The position numbers and the translations under genes are program-made. A DNA stretch of 64,000 bases from Candidatus Woesearchaeota archaeon. GTDB taxonomy: Archaea > Nanobdellota > Nanobdellia > Pacearchaeales > GW2011-AR1. Of this stretch, positions 16,094-24,368 are shown one piece after another (position 1 is the first letter of the stretch; every line of letters starts with the position of its first letter). The notes beneath the pieces are model-generated. The model did no database searches and was not told where the DNA came from. It saw nothing but the letters and a program-made list of their open reading frames with translations. The stretch lies in assembly GCA_964408235.1 (NCBI GenBank), contig CAYOYN010000003.1:20295-84294 (forward strand), read 5' to 3'.

Positions 16094-17400
16094 TTATTGA
16101 AAACTTGAAAGCAAATATAGATACTGAAATAAGTATGGTGCGAGAACTTGATAAAATTTATTCTAGCGAAATTGAACTAGATGCTGAAGAGATTAGAATC
16201 TATACAAAGATTGCAGAGTCATTAATTCGAAGAATTGGGATGTTGAATGATAGTGTTCCAGAGATACTTGATAAAATTTCTACAAATAAATTAAGTGTAA
16301 AAAATGAAAGTGAAGAAGTTAAGGGTCTTGAGGTTGTACCGTTGAGCTCAAACCAAACAAGAGAAGTTGCAGTCGTGGTTTCTGAAAGAAATAGATCTGA
16401 ATTTTTGAGGGAGCTTAATATTGACTCACAGTTACTTAAAAAAATAAAGAAGAAACAAAAAGAAAAACCTAAAAAATTAGAACAATTCAACACCACTAAT
16501 TGGTACGGTAAAATTTCTAACAAGTGGTTTTTTAATTTCTCGCAGAGACTACTAAATGAAGGGAGTTTCAAATCCCTTATTATGGATATAAGAAAAAGCA
16601 ACCTTAGTATCTTATCAACCACTTATTTGTCTATGATGTTTATGTCAATTTTTATTGCTTCTTTCATAGGAATATTTCTTATGATCTTTATGTTATTTTT
16701 CACCATAGATGCACTTAATCTATCTATAGAGGCATATTCCGGATCTTATCTTCTTAGGCTCGTGAAAATATTATGGGTTCCAATTGCAGTCCCTGGAATA
16801 GCATTTCTGTTATTCTATTCGTACCCTGCAGCTGAAAAAAAATCTACTGCTGGAAAGATAAACCAAGAAATCCCCTTTGTTGTAATTCACATGGCCTCTA
16901 TTTCAGGGTCTGGAATAGAACCAATTGAATTGTTTAAGATAATTGCAACTAGTAAGGAATATGAATTTGCAGGAAATGAATTTCGTAAAATATTAAACCA
17001 AACAAATCTTTATGGTTATGACTTGAGTACTGCTTTAAGAAATGTTTCTCTTTCAACTCCTAGTTCTAAATTTTCTGAATTGTTGAATGGTATGGCGGTT
17101 ACAATAAATTCAGGAGGAGATATGAGAAAATTCTTTGAAAAAAGAGCAGAAAGCTTGCTTTTAGAATATAGGCTGGAAAGAGAGAAAGCCAACAAATCCG
17201 CTGAAACATTTATGGACTTGTATATTAGCATTGTAATTGCAACTCCTATGATTATGGTTATGTTATTAGTAATTATATCAATCTCTAAAATAAGTACGGG
17301 CTTTAATCCTACTCAGATGACTACTGCCATTATAGGTCTCGTCGCCATCGTTAATGTATTATTCATTGCATTCTTGCACATGAAACAACCAAACTACTAA
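16090..17400 (+). CDS. Pilus platform protein 1, single T2SSF-type domain (TadB/TadC/ArlJ-like) with a long N-terminal cytoplasmic region
   Basis: 436 aa. About 165 aa of coiled, charged N-terminus, then TM segments flanking a soluble block (IPFVVIHMASISGSGIEPIELFK...GYDLSTALRNV...LLNGMAVTINSGGD) typical of GspF/PilC/TadC repeats. Confidence 0.8.
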   Translation: MIIENLKANIDTEISMVRELDKIYSSEIELDAEEIRIYTKIAESLIRRIGMLNDSVPEILDKISTNKLSVKNESEEVKGLEVVPLSSNQTREVAVVVSERNRSEFLRELNIDSQLLKKIKKKQKEKPKKLEQFNTTNWYGKISNKWFFNFSQRLLNEGSFKSLIMDIRKSNLSILSTTYLSMMFMSIFIASFIGIFLMIFMLFFTIDALNLSIEAYSGSYLLRLVKILWVPIAVPGIAFLLFYSYPAAEKKSTAGKINQEIPFVVIHMASISGSGIEPIELFKIIATSKEYEFAGNEFRKILNQTNLYGYDLSTALRNVSLSTPSSKFSELLNGMAVTINSGGDMRKFFEKRAESLLLEYRLEREKANKSAETFMDLYISIVIATPMIMVMLLVIISISKISTGFNPTQMTTAIIGLVAIVNVLFIAFLHMKQPNY

Positions 17401-17401
17401 T

Positions 17402-18259
17402 ATGATACTCAAAAAAGCACACTGGATAGGAATAATATTTGGATTAGTTTTAGTCGCCCTAGATTTTATATTCTTTTTTGGAGAAAATCTTTTCTACTTC
17501 CTTATTGGAATAGCAATGACAGTTATAGCATTACCTTTTGTTGCGACAACGATATTTGAGACAAATTTAGAAAAAGAAAAAAATGAACAATTTTTAGAGT
17601 TTGCAAGAGCCTTGGCTGAGAACGTTAAGGGTGGAACACCTATAGGCCAAAGTATTAGAAATATGAGGAACAAGAATTTTGGATCTCTTACAGATAACAT
17701 AGGAAAACTTGCAAATCAGATATCTATGGGAATCCCTATGAGCAAGGCACTTGATACATTTGCAGATGATATTGGAAGTATTACAGTTAAGAGAGCTATT
17801 TCTTTGATTAAAGAAGCTGAGATGGCTGGAGGAAAAATAGATGATATACTGGACTCTGTGGCTTCATCTATTTACCAAGTTGAAAAATTAAAAAAAGAAA
17901 GAGCTGCATCCATATCCTCTCTTGTAGTCCAAGGATACATAATATTCTTCATATTCATAGGAATAATGCTTGTAATGCAGTTCAAAATTATACCATTGAC
18001 TGAAGACGTCAATAGTGTTGGAGGTTTAGAGGGAATTGGAGGAGGTTTTGGCACTACTGTTGGGGCTGGAAGCGGAGAGGCATTTTCAACAGATGATTTG
18101 TCTAGACCATTATTATGGATGCTTCTCCTTCAAGGATTTTTCAGCGGACTTGCAATTGGTAAACTTTCTGAAGGAACTGTTAAAGCAGGAGTAAAACACT
18201 CTTTTGTTATGACAATCGCTGCATTTTTGATTTCTACAGGCGCTAAATTGTTTTTGTAA
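17402..18259 (+). CDS. Pilus platform protein 2, single T2SSF-type domain
   Basis: 285 aa. FLEFARALAENVKGGTPIGQSI...GIPMSKALDTFADDIGS...IKEAEMAGGKIDD lies between TM segments. It starts 2 nt after the previous stop. Confidence 0.8.
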   Translation: MILKKAHWIGIIFGLVLVALDFIFFFGENLFYFLIGIAMTVIALPFVATTIFETNLEKEKNEQFLEFARALAENVKGGTPIGQSIRNMRNKNFGSLTDNIGKLANQISMGIPMSKALDTFADDIGSITVKRAISLIKEAEMAGGKIDDILDSVASSIYQVEKLKKERAASISSLVVQGYIIFFIFIGIMLVMQFKIIPLTEDVNSVGGLEGIGGGFGTTVGAGSGEAFSTDDLSRPLLWMLLLQGFFSGLAIGKLSEGTVKAGVKHSFVMTIAAFLISTGAKLFL

Positions 18260-19004
18260 TAATATAAAATAATTCTTGCTTAGTGCGTTTAACTTCATAA
18301 CTATATTTTAAGACCTTTAGAATTGTTTCAAACCACCTTCTATAAGGGCTATTCATTGGTTTGCCAGTCAATGTTCTTGTTGCAAAACTTACTAAGAAAA
18401 ATTTTGTATCTATTGTTTGAAGTAAATGTTTAGATATTTTAGTTCTATCATCTCCTAAAATATCTAGGACTTTGAAAATTATGCACAAATCTACTTTTGG
18501 AAAGTTTTCTATAGATCTAATATCTTTATGGTGAATATCTCCGTCAATTCCTTTTATTTTGAATAATTGTTCTACTATGTCTAAATCGTTATGGTTGATA
18601 TCAAAGGCATGGTATTTTACCCCTTTTTGGGCTATTGCTACAGGGTTTATCCCGCAACCTAAGTCCAGGATGCTTTTAGGATTTATTTTTTTTATCATTT
18701 CTTTCACTAATGGATAATCTTCTAGCCTCTCTCTTGTAGATGAATGATTTGACAATAATTCCTCAAAATTTTCAGTTTTTACTAAAGTTTGCCTATTTTT
18801 TATATTAGATTTTGAAGCATATTGGCCAGCGTATCTGCGCAACTCTTCCCTTACTTCTTTTATTATGATTTTACGACTTTTTTCTGATGAAATATCTTTT
18901 ATTTTGTTTTTATTAATGTATGAATCTAGAACTGACTCTACTAAAGTATCTGGAAGACCATTTAATTCGTATTTTTCTTTTATCTTTTTTATTAGATTAT
19001 TCAT
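18243..19004 (-). CDS. SAM-dependent methyltransferase resembling the FmrO/ArmA/Rmt 16S rRNA (guanine1405-N7) methyltransferase family
   Basis: 253 aa. Blocks NHSSTRERL, SILDLGCGINPVAI, YHAFDIN, DLCIIFKVLDIL, FLVSFATRTLTGKP, WFE and ELFYII occur in the same order as the conserved blocks I recall for ArmA/RmtB/Sgm. Confidence 0.65.
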   Translation of the reverse strand: MNNLIKKIKEKYELNGLPDTLVESVLDSYINKNKIKDISSEKSRKIIIKEVREELRRYAGQYASKSNIKNRQTLVKTENFEELLSNHSSTRERLEDYPLVKEMIKKINPKSILDLGCGINPVAIAQKGVKYHAFDINHNDLDIVEQLFKIKGIDGDIHHKDIRSIENFPKVDLCIIFKVLDILGDDRTKISKHLLQTIDTKFFLVSFATRTLTGKPMNSPYRRWFETILKVLKYSYEVKRTKQELFYIITKTI

Positions 19005-19024
19005 GTTAGACCTATAAGTAAACC

Positions 19025-19032
19025 TATATAAA
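19025..19032 (+). promoter_or_regulatory. TATA-like box
   Basis: TATATAAA ends 23 nt before ATG 19055. Confidence 0.45.
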
Positions 19033-19054
19033 TAAAGTTAAGTTTTTAATTTGA

Positions 19055-19756
19055 ATGAATAAAAAGGGGTTAAGCCACATAGAATTTGTGGTTTCATTTG
19101 TGATATTTATAGGATTTATAGTATTTGCATTTGTATTTTTTAATCCGTTAAGTAGTCAAAGAACTTTGAAATCTACAATGGATTATGCATGGATAGAGGT
19201 CTCTGAAGAAGGCAAAGAAGAGGTTGAGACATATTCCGTTTCTATTAACGCATTAAATAACTTAGATCTAAAGATCAGGATCGATGATGTGCCTCTTGGT
19301 TACAATGCTTCTGTAGAAGATGTTGATGGTCTACCCATTAGCACCCATAGGGATTCAGCAGGAATAGTTTATTTTTCCAGAGATTCTATTGATGATAGAT
19401 TCTTTAGAATAAGGTATGCTAAATCTTTAACTGATAGTAGGCCACCAATTCCTGCTGCGACAGACCTTACTGGGAACTACGGAATTTCATCTTCAGAAGT
19501 TAAAGACTTTTATTTTGAAAATTTATTTTTGGAATTAAACAATAGCTATTATATGAATTATTCTGAATTGAAAGAAGAACTTAATTTACCTAATAGAATG
19601 GAATTTGGGTTCATAGTTAAATTTGAGGATTCTGAGATAAGAGCGGTAAATGAGATACCTGCTGACATTGAAGTCTTATCTAAAAACGACAGAGTTGAAA
19701 TCATAAGAGCATCTGGTAAGCGCGAATATGCAGAGGTCACAGTATTAGTATGGTGA
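19055..19756 (+). CDS. Prepilin-like protein, class III signal peptide with Glu at +5
   Basis: MNKKG|LSHIEFVVSFVIFIGFIVFAFVFF. Confidence 0.65.
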   Translation: MNKKGLSHIEFVVSFVIFIGFIVFAFVFFNPLSSQRTLKSTMDYAWIEVSEEGKEEVETYSVSINALNNLDLKIRIDDVPLGYNASVEDVDGLPISTHRDSAGIVYFSRDSIDDRFFRIRYAKSLTDSRPPIPAATDLTGNYGISSSEVKDFYFENLFLELNNSYYMNYSELKEELNLPNRMEFGFIVKFEDSEIRAVNEIPADIEVLSKNDRVEIIRASGKREYAEVTVLVW

Positions 19757-20154
19757 GAAAAGGTATAGCTAGAATAATTGAACTATTAATTGCAATAACT
19801 TTGATTTCAGTAATTTTACTTGTAACTTATAAGCAAAATTTGCCTACACAAGAAACTCAAGATTTATCTGAAAATGCGCGAGATATCCTTGCAGAAATAA
19901 GCACCATGGAAGATTTAAGATCTGAAATAATAACAAATCAAATAAATGTCCAGTCTATGAGCAATACCCTTGTTTTTATCAATAATAGCTTACCAGATTA
20001 TATTAATTTTGAATTGAGGGCTTGCGTTATAACTAGTGCATGCGGGCAGGCAAGTTACATTGGAAATGTATATTCTGCAGAAAGAATAATAAGCACAAGT
20101 AAAAGTGATTTTAGTCCAGTTAAATTGAGACTATTTCTATGGATACAAGAATGA
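19750..20154 (+). CDS. Prepilin-like protein, class III signal peptide
   Basis: MVRKG|IARIIELLIAITLISVILLV. It overlaps the previous gene by 7 nt. Confidence 0.65.
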   Translation: MVRKGIARIIELLIAITLISVILLVTYKQNLPTQETQDLSENARDILAEISTMEDLRSEIITNQINVQSMSNTLVFINNSLPDYINFELRACVITSACGQASYIGNVYSAERIISTSKSDFSPVKLRLFLWIQE

Positions 20155-20576
20155 AATTTGAGTTTTTAGAACATACAGGTGACATCAAATTCAAAGCCTA
20201 TGGTAAAAATTTAGACGATTTATTTGAAAATTCAGTCCTTGCTATCTCTTCAGTTTTTTCTAGAGGAAAGAAAATTAATGATAAGAAAAAAAGAGAAATA
20301 AAGATTAGAGGCAAAGATTATGAAAGTCTTCTTTACAAATTCCTTGGAGAAATTATTTACTTATTTGATGCGGATAGCTTTATTGTTTCGAAAGCTAAAG
20401 TAAAACTAACAGATAAATATGTTAAGGGTGAGGAAAATACACTTACAGCAATATTGTATGGTGATGATACTAAGAACTACAAAGATTTAGATGCAGTTAA
20501 ATCTCCGACATATGCTGAAATGTACGTAAAGAAAGAAGGAAAAAATTTTGTTTGCCAGGTTGTTTTGGATGTATAA
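20151..20576 (+). CDS. Archease (RtcB activator)
   Basis: MKFEFLEHTGDIKFKAYG is the characteristic archease N-terminus. ATG 20151 overlaps the stop of the pilin-like gene (ATGA). The ORF is open from 20139. Confidence 0.85.
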   Translation: MKFEFLEHTGDIKFKAYGKNLDDLFENSVLAISSVFSRGKKINDKKKREIKIRGKDYESLLYKFLGEIIYLFDADSFIVSKAKVKLTDKYVKGEENTLTAILYGDDTKNYKDLDAVKSPTYAEMYVKKEGKNFVCQVVLDV

Positions 20577-20584
20577 GCAGTTTG

Positions 20585-20592
20585 TTTAAATA
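20585..20592 (+). promoter_or_regulatory. TATA-like box
   Basis: TTTAAATA ends 22 nt before ATG 20614. Confidence 0.45.
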
Positions 20593-20613
20593 ACACAAAT
20601 TAGGTTACTAGAT

Positions 20614-22038
20614 ATGGAAATGAAAGAAAAAATGAAGAAGGTAGGAGAATACATCTATGAGTTGCCTAAACAGGACGGAATGCTTGTTCCTGGAAGGATT
20701 TTTGCATCTAAAGAAATTTTTGATAAGGTCGAAGAACAATGCGTTATTCAGTTAGCAAATATCGCCAAATTGCCTGGAATAGTAGGTTATTCGCTTGCAA
20801 TGTCTGATGTACATGTAGGCTACGGCGCACCTGTTGGTGGTGTTGCAGCTTTTGATATAGAAAAAGGAATTGTAAGCCCTGGGGTAATTGGATATGACAT
20901 TAATTGCGGAGTAAGATTAGTTTCTACAAACTTAACAAAGAAAGAATTTATGTTAAAGAGAGATAACCTAATGAAGGAAATTTACAAAAATGTTCCAAGC
21001 GGGGTCGGAACAAAAAGTGAATTTAGGTTGGACAACAAGGAAATTGCTAAAGTAGTATTAGAAGGAGTGGACTGGGCAATTAGAAGGGGTTATGGTAAGG
21101 AAGAAGACAAATTATTCTGTGAAAGTGAAGGTCAAATTCCGAGAGCTAATCCAAAAAAAATAAGTCCTAAGGCCCTAGGCCGTGGAATGAACCAATTAGG
21201 AACTCTGGGGGCAGGAAACCATTTTCTTGAAATTCAAGAAGTAGAAGAAATCTATAACGAAATGGCTGCTAAGGCTTTGGGCCTAAAAAAAGAACAGATA
21301 GTAATCATGATCCACTCAGGGTCTAGAGGAATTGGGCACCAAGTTGCTAGTGATTATATTGAGAAGATGGAGGAAGAATATGGGTACAAGCATTTACCAG
21401 ATAGAGAACTAGCATATGCGCCAATTAATTCGCCCCTTGGTCAAGATTATCTAAGTGCTATGAGCGGGGCAGCTAATTTTGGATTTACTAACAGACAATT
21501 AATAATGCATAAATTAAGAGATTCATTTAGAAAGTTCTTTCCTAAATCTGAACTTACGCTAGTTTATGACATAGCCCACAATATTGCTAAATTTGAAAAT
21601 TACAGAATAAATGGGAAGAATATGGAGGTTTTGGTCCATAGAAAGGGTGCTACAAGATCTTTTGGTCCTGAAAGTGAAGAAGTACCTATCAAATATAGGA
21701 AAATTGGTACTCCTATATTTATCCCGGGTAGTATGGGGACTAGTTCTTATGTTTTAGTTGGAACCAGAAAAGCTGAAGAATTAACTTTTGGAAGCACCGC
21801 GCATGGAGCTGGGAGATTATTGTCTAGAAGTGCCGCATCTAAACTAATTAGCGCTAGTGATCTGAAAAAAGAACTAGAAACTAAAGATATAAACTTGCAA
21901 TCTGGAAGTTTGAAAGGTGCAGTGGACGAAGCCCCTAGTGCTTACAAAAATGTTGATGAAGTTGTTAGAGTTTCGCATGAGTTAGGAATAGGGAAAATGG
22001 TTGCAAAACTTAAACCTCTTGGCGTTGTAAAGGGATAA
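20614..22038 (+). CDS. rtcB: RNA 3'-phosphate splicing ligase RtcB
   Basis: 474 aa. Metal and GMP-His motifs GYDINCG, GAGNHF, HSGSRG, HRKGAT, HGAGR. No intein. Confidence 0.95.
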   Translation: MEMKEKMKKVGEYIYELPKQDGMLVPGRIFASKEIFDKVEEQCVIQLANIAKLPGIVGYSLAMSDVHVGYGAPVGGVAAFDIEKGIVSPGVIGYDINCGVRLVSTNLTKKEFMLKRDNLMKEIYKNVPSGVGTKSEFRLDNKEIAKVVLEGVDWAIRRGYGKEEDKLFCESEGQIPRANPKKISPKALGRGMNQLGTLGAGNHFLEIQEVEEIYNEMAAKALGLKKEQIVIMIHSGSRGIGHQVASDYIEKMEEEYGYKHLPDRELAYAPINSPLGQDYLSAMSGAANFGFTNRQLIMHKLRDSFRKFFPKSELTLVYDIAHNIAKFENYRINGKNMEVLVHRKGATRSFGPESEEVPIKYRKIGTPIFIPGSMGTSSYVLVGTRKAEELTFGSTAHGAGRLLSRSAASKLISASDLKKELETKDINLQSGSLKGAVDEAPSAYKNVDEVVRVSHELGIGKMVAKLKPLGVVKG

Positions 22039-22053
22039 TTAATTTTGATAATC

Positions 22054-22061
22054 TTTATAAA
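22054..22061 (+). promoter_or_regulatory. TATA-like box
   Basis: TTTATAAA ends 22 nt before ATG 22083. Confidence 0.45.
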
Positions 22062-22082
22062 CGTGCGACGTTATCTCTTGTA

Positions 22083-24368
22083 ATGAAGAGGGGAATGAAA
22101 TTATTATTTTTTGGATTATTTTCTGTACTTCTTTTTTCTTTTGTAAATGCTCAAATTGCATTTCATAGTCCTGAAGATATAATATTTAGAATTTCTTCAC
22201 AAACAAATGCACATGGAGAAGTTTACAATGGTGCTGGAAGTTATGGAACTCCTATTTATTATAGCGATATTTTTACGTCTACTTATTCTGGATCAGTGCC
22301 TGTTGCAAATCTTAGAATATGCACTGGAAGTAATAGAGTTTTAAGATTAAGTGCAGATACTAATGCTCACGCACAAGAACCTGGATTTACTGGCACAGCA
22401 TATCCTGTGGATATTTGTTACGGAGATTTAGTTTGTCAATCTGTAGCTGGAAACAACAATTGTCCTGCAAGCTATAATGAAGTTGTTTCATTATCTTCAA
22501 ATGATAATGCTCACATTGAAACTGCTAGTGCTAACCAATATGCTGGTGCTGGAAATGTCAAGATATGTTGTCAAATAACTAGTACTCCTCAAATTATTGA
22601 TGCTAGATGGCTTTACTATGACGGTAGCATAATAAGCAGCCCAAATCTTAATGTATGTAGTGATCATGTGGTAATTGCTAGAGTAAGAACTGCAAACATT
22701 GCAGATGGACAAATAATAGGTTTCTTATTTTCAGATGATGATTCTTTAGTTCCGGACCCTATTGTTTATCTTGAGTCCATAGTCGTAAATAATGAAGCTA
22801 GAATTGAATTGAATTTATCTGATCCAGGAGTTCAAGCAGTATTACAAAATGAACTAGGTGGAAGTGAAGGACAAGACCTGGAGCTTTATTTTGAGGCAGG
22901 CAATCCTTCAATAAGCCCTACAGTCGTAACTTCTCAACAAATATTCTATCAAAGCGACTCTTCTCTATGTTCATTTGAACCTCCTGAAGCTTCAATTGAA
23001 GCGCCTAAACATAGAGGAATTTATTTTGTAAATACCCAAGTTAATTTTACATCTGGTTGCTCTAGTCAAATTGGTCCGGTTCAAACTGAATGGACAATTA
23101 CTCCTCAAAATGGACAAGCATTTACTAGAACTGAAGCTACTTTTATGCACCAATTTACTTCTGCAGGACAAGTAAATGTTGAATTGAAGTGTACAGACTC
23201 AGAAGGAAGATTTGATATTAACGAGAGCCAAATTCTTGTTGTTGCTAGCCCCTATACATTTGCATACATAAATCAACCTTCATTTGAATCAATTACATAT
23301 ACAAGCCCTCCTGGAACTGGGCCTTACTTCCCTAATGAAGTTTCATTTAGTGCATCCGATAGTTTTGCAGTTAACACTATCAGCTCAACTGCTCCTTGTA
23401 GTATTGAATGTATTGGAGGAAATTGTCCGGTTCAAACTGAAAACTCTCCTACGGCTTGTGGATTAGCAGGAGGACCAATAACAATAACTCAGACAACTAA
23501 CAGTTATAGTTCATTATTATTTAATTGGACATTCTTAGATAATGATTGGACTACTGATTGGGCTTCCTTTGAAACTTCAAATGGAATTTATTCAGGAGCA
23601 GTACAATATGATGATATGTCTGATACTTTAGATGATAAAAAAATCAGAGTTAACGTTAGACATGTTGCAACTGGAGCTAATGCCAACTTTGAAAGAGATT
23701 TCACGCTTGGAAGATGTTTGAATAATGGAAATACATATTACGCATCTAGAACTGAGAGTTATTCTACTAATCAAGAAAATAGTGCTTGTAAGGGTGGAGA
23801 TGGAGTTGCGTTAACCGCGGATGATTGTTGTGCGGTCGGATTACAATGCTTGCCTGATGAGGATGATCCTACAAACCCTGCAAGATATTATTGTCAAATA
23901 CCTGCTGGAGGATTAATATTAGAATGTAATGATTTCACTACTCAATCTGCTTGTAATGGAAATACAAACCCTGCAATCCCTCTTGCATCTTATGGTCAAA
24001 CACCTAATGCATGTACCACGCTAAGTTGTGTTTGGAGCGCAACATCAAATAGTTGTGGATTAAATGTAACTACATACCAAACCTCCTCTTCCGGACAATG
24101 TAGTTCTGGACCTGGCGCAGTGGTTGTAGATTCTTGCTCTTACACAACTACAGTAAGTGAATGCGTTGCTGGAAGAAAGACTATAACTTATAATACAATA
24201 GCTGGAGGAGCTACTTGCAATAGATCTCCTGTAACTGTTCCTTGTGGATCCCTTAGTTTTGAGCTTAGTTTCTTTGGACTGAGACAGTTCTTAATTTCCA
24301 TCCTACTGATTGGAGCAATATATCTTGTGCTTAATTTCAGAAAGGAAATAAACGATGCTAAAAAATAA
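22083..24368 (+). CDS. Large Cys-rich secreted surface protein with C-terminal membrane anchor
   Basis: 761 aa. Sec signal ...FSFVNA|QI, three N-terminal repeats each containing NAH, Ig/PKD-like middle, very Cys-rich C-terminal third, terminal TM FLISILLIGAIYLVL. Confidence 0.8.
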   Translation: MKRGMKLLFFGLFSVLLFSFVNAQIAFHSPEDIIFRISSQTNAHGEVYNGAGSYGTPIYYSDIFTSTYSGSVPVANLRICTGSNRVLRLSADTNAHAQEPGFTGTAYPVDICYGDLVCQSVAGNNNCPASYNEVVSLSSNDNAHIETASANQYAGAGNVKICCQITSTPQIIDARWLYYDGSIISSPNLNVCSDHVVIARVRTANIADGQIIGFLFSDDDSLVPDPIVYLESIVVNNEARIELNLSDPGVQAVLQNELGGSEGQDLELYFEAGNPSISPTVVTSQQIFYQSDSSLCSFEPPEASIEAPKHRGIYFVNTQVNFTSGCSSQIGPVQTEWTITPQNGQAFTRTEATFMHQFTSAGQVNVELKCTDSEGRFDINESQILVVASPYTFAYINQPSFESITYTSPPGTGPYFPNEVSFSASDSFAVNTISSTAPCSIECIGGNCPVQTENSPTACGLAGGPITITQTTNSYSSLLFNWTFLDNDWTTDWASFETSNGIYSGAVQYDDMSDTLDDKKIRVNVRHVATGANANFERDFTLGRCLNNGNTYYASRTESYSTNQENSACKGGDGVALTADDCCAVGLQCLPDEDDPTNPARYYCQIPAGGLILECNDFTTQSACNGNTNPAIPLASYGQTPNACTTLSCVWSATSNSCGLNVTTYQTSSSGQCSSGPGAVVVDSCSYTTTVSECVAGRKTITYNTIAGGATCNRSPVTVPCGSLSFELSFFGLRQFLISILLIGAIYLVLNFRKEINDAKK

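Noticed and set aside
11681-20154. Interpretation of the pilin/ATPase/platform locus as an archaellum (arl/fla) operon.
   Set aside because: There is no ArlH (KaiC-like), ArlF/G or ArlC/D/E in or next to the locus. The pilin-like proteins are short and heterogeneous, and the platform is split. A type IV adhesive pilus is the better fit.
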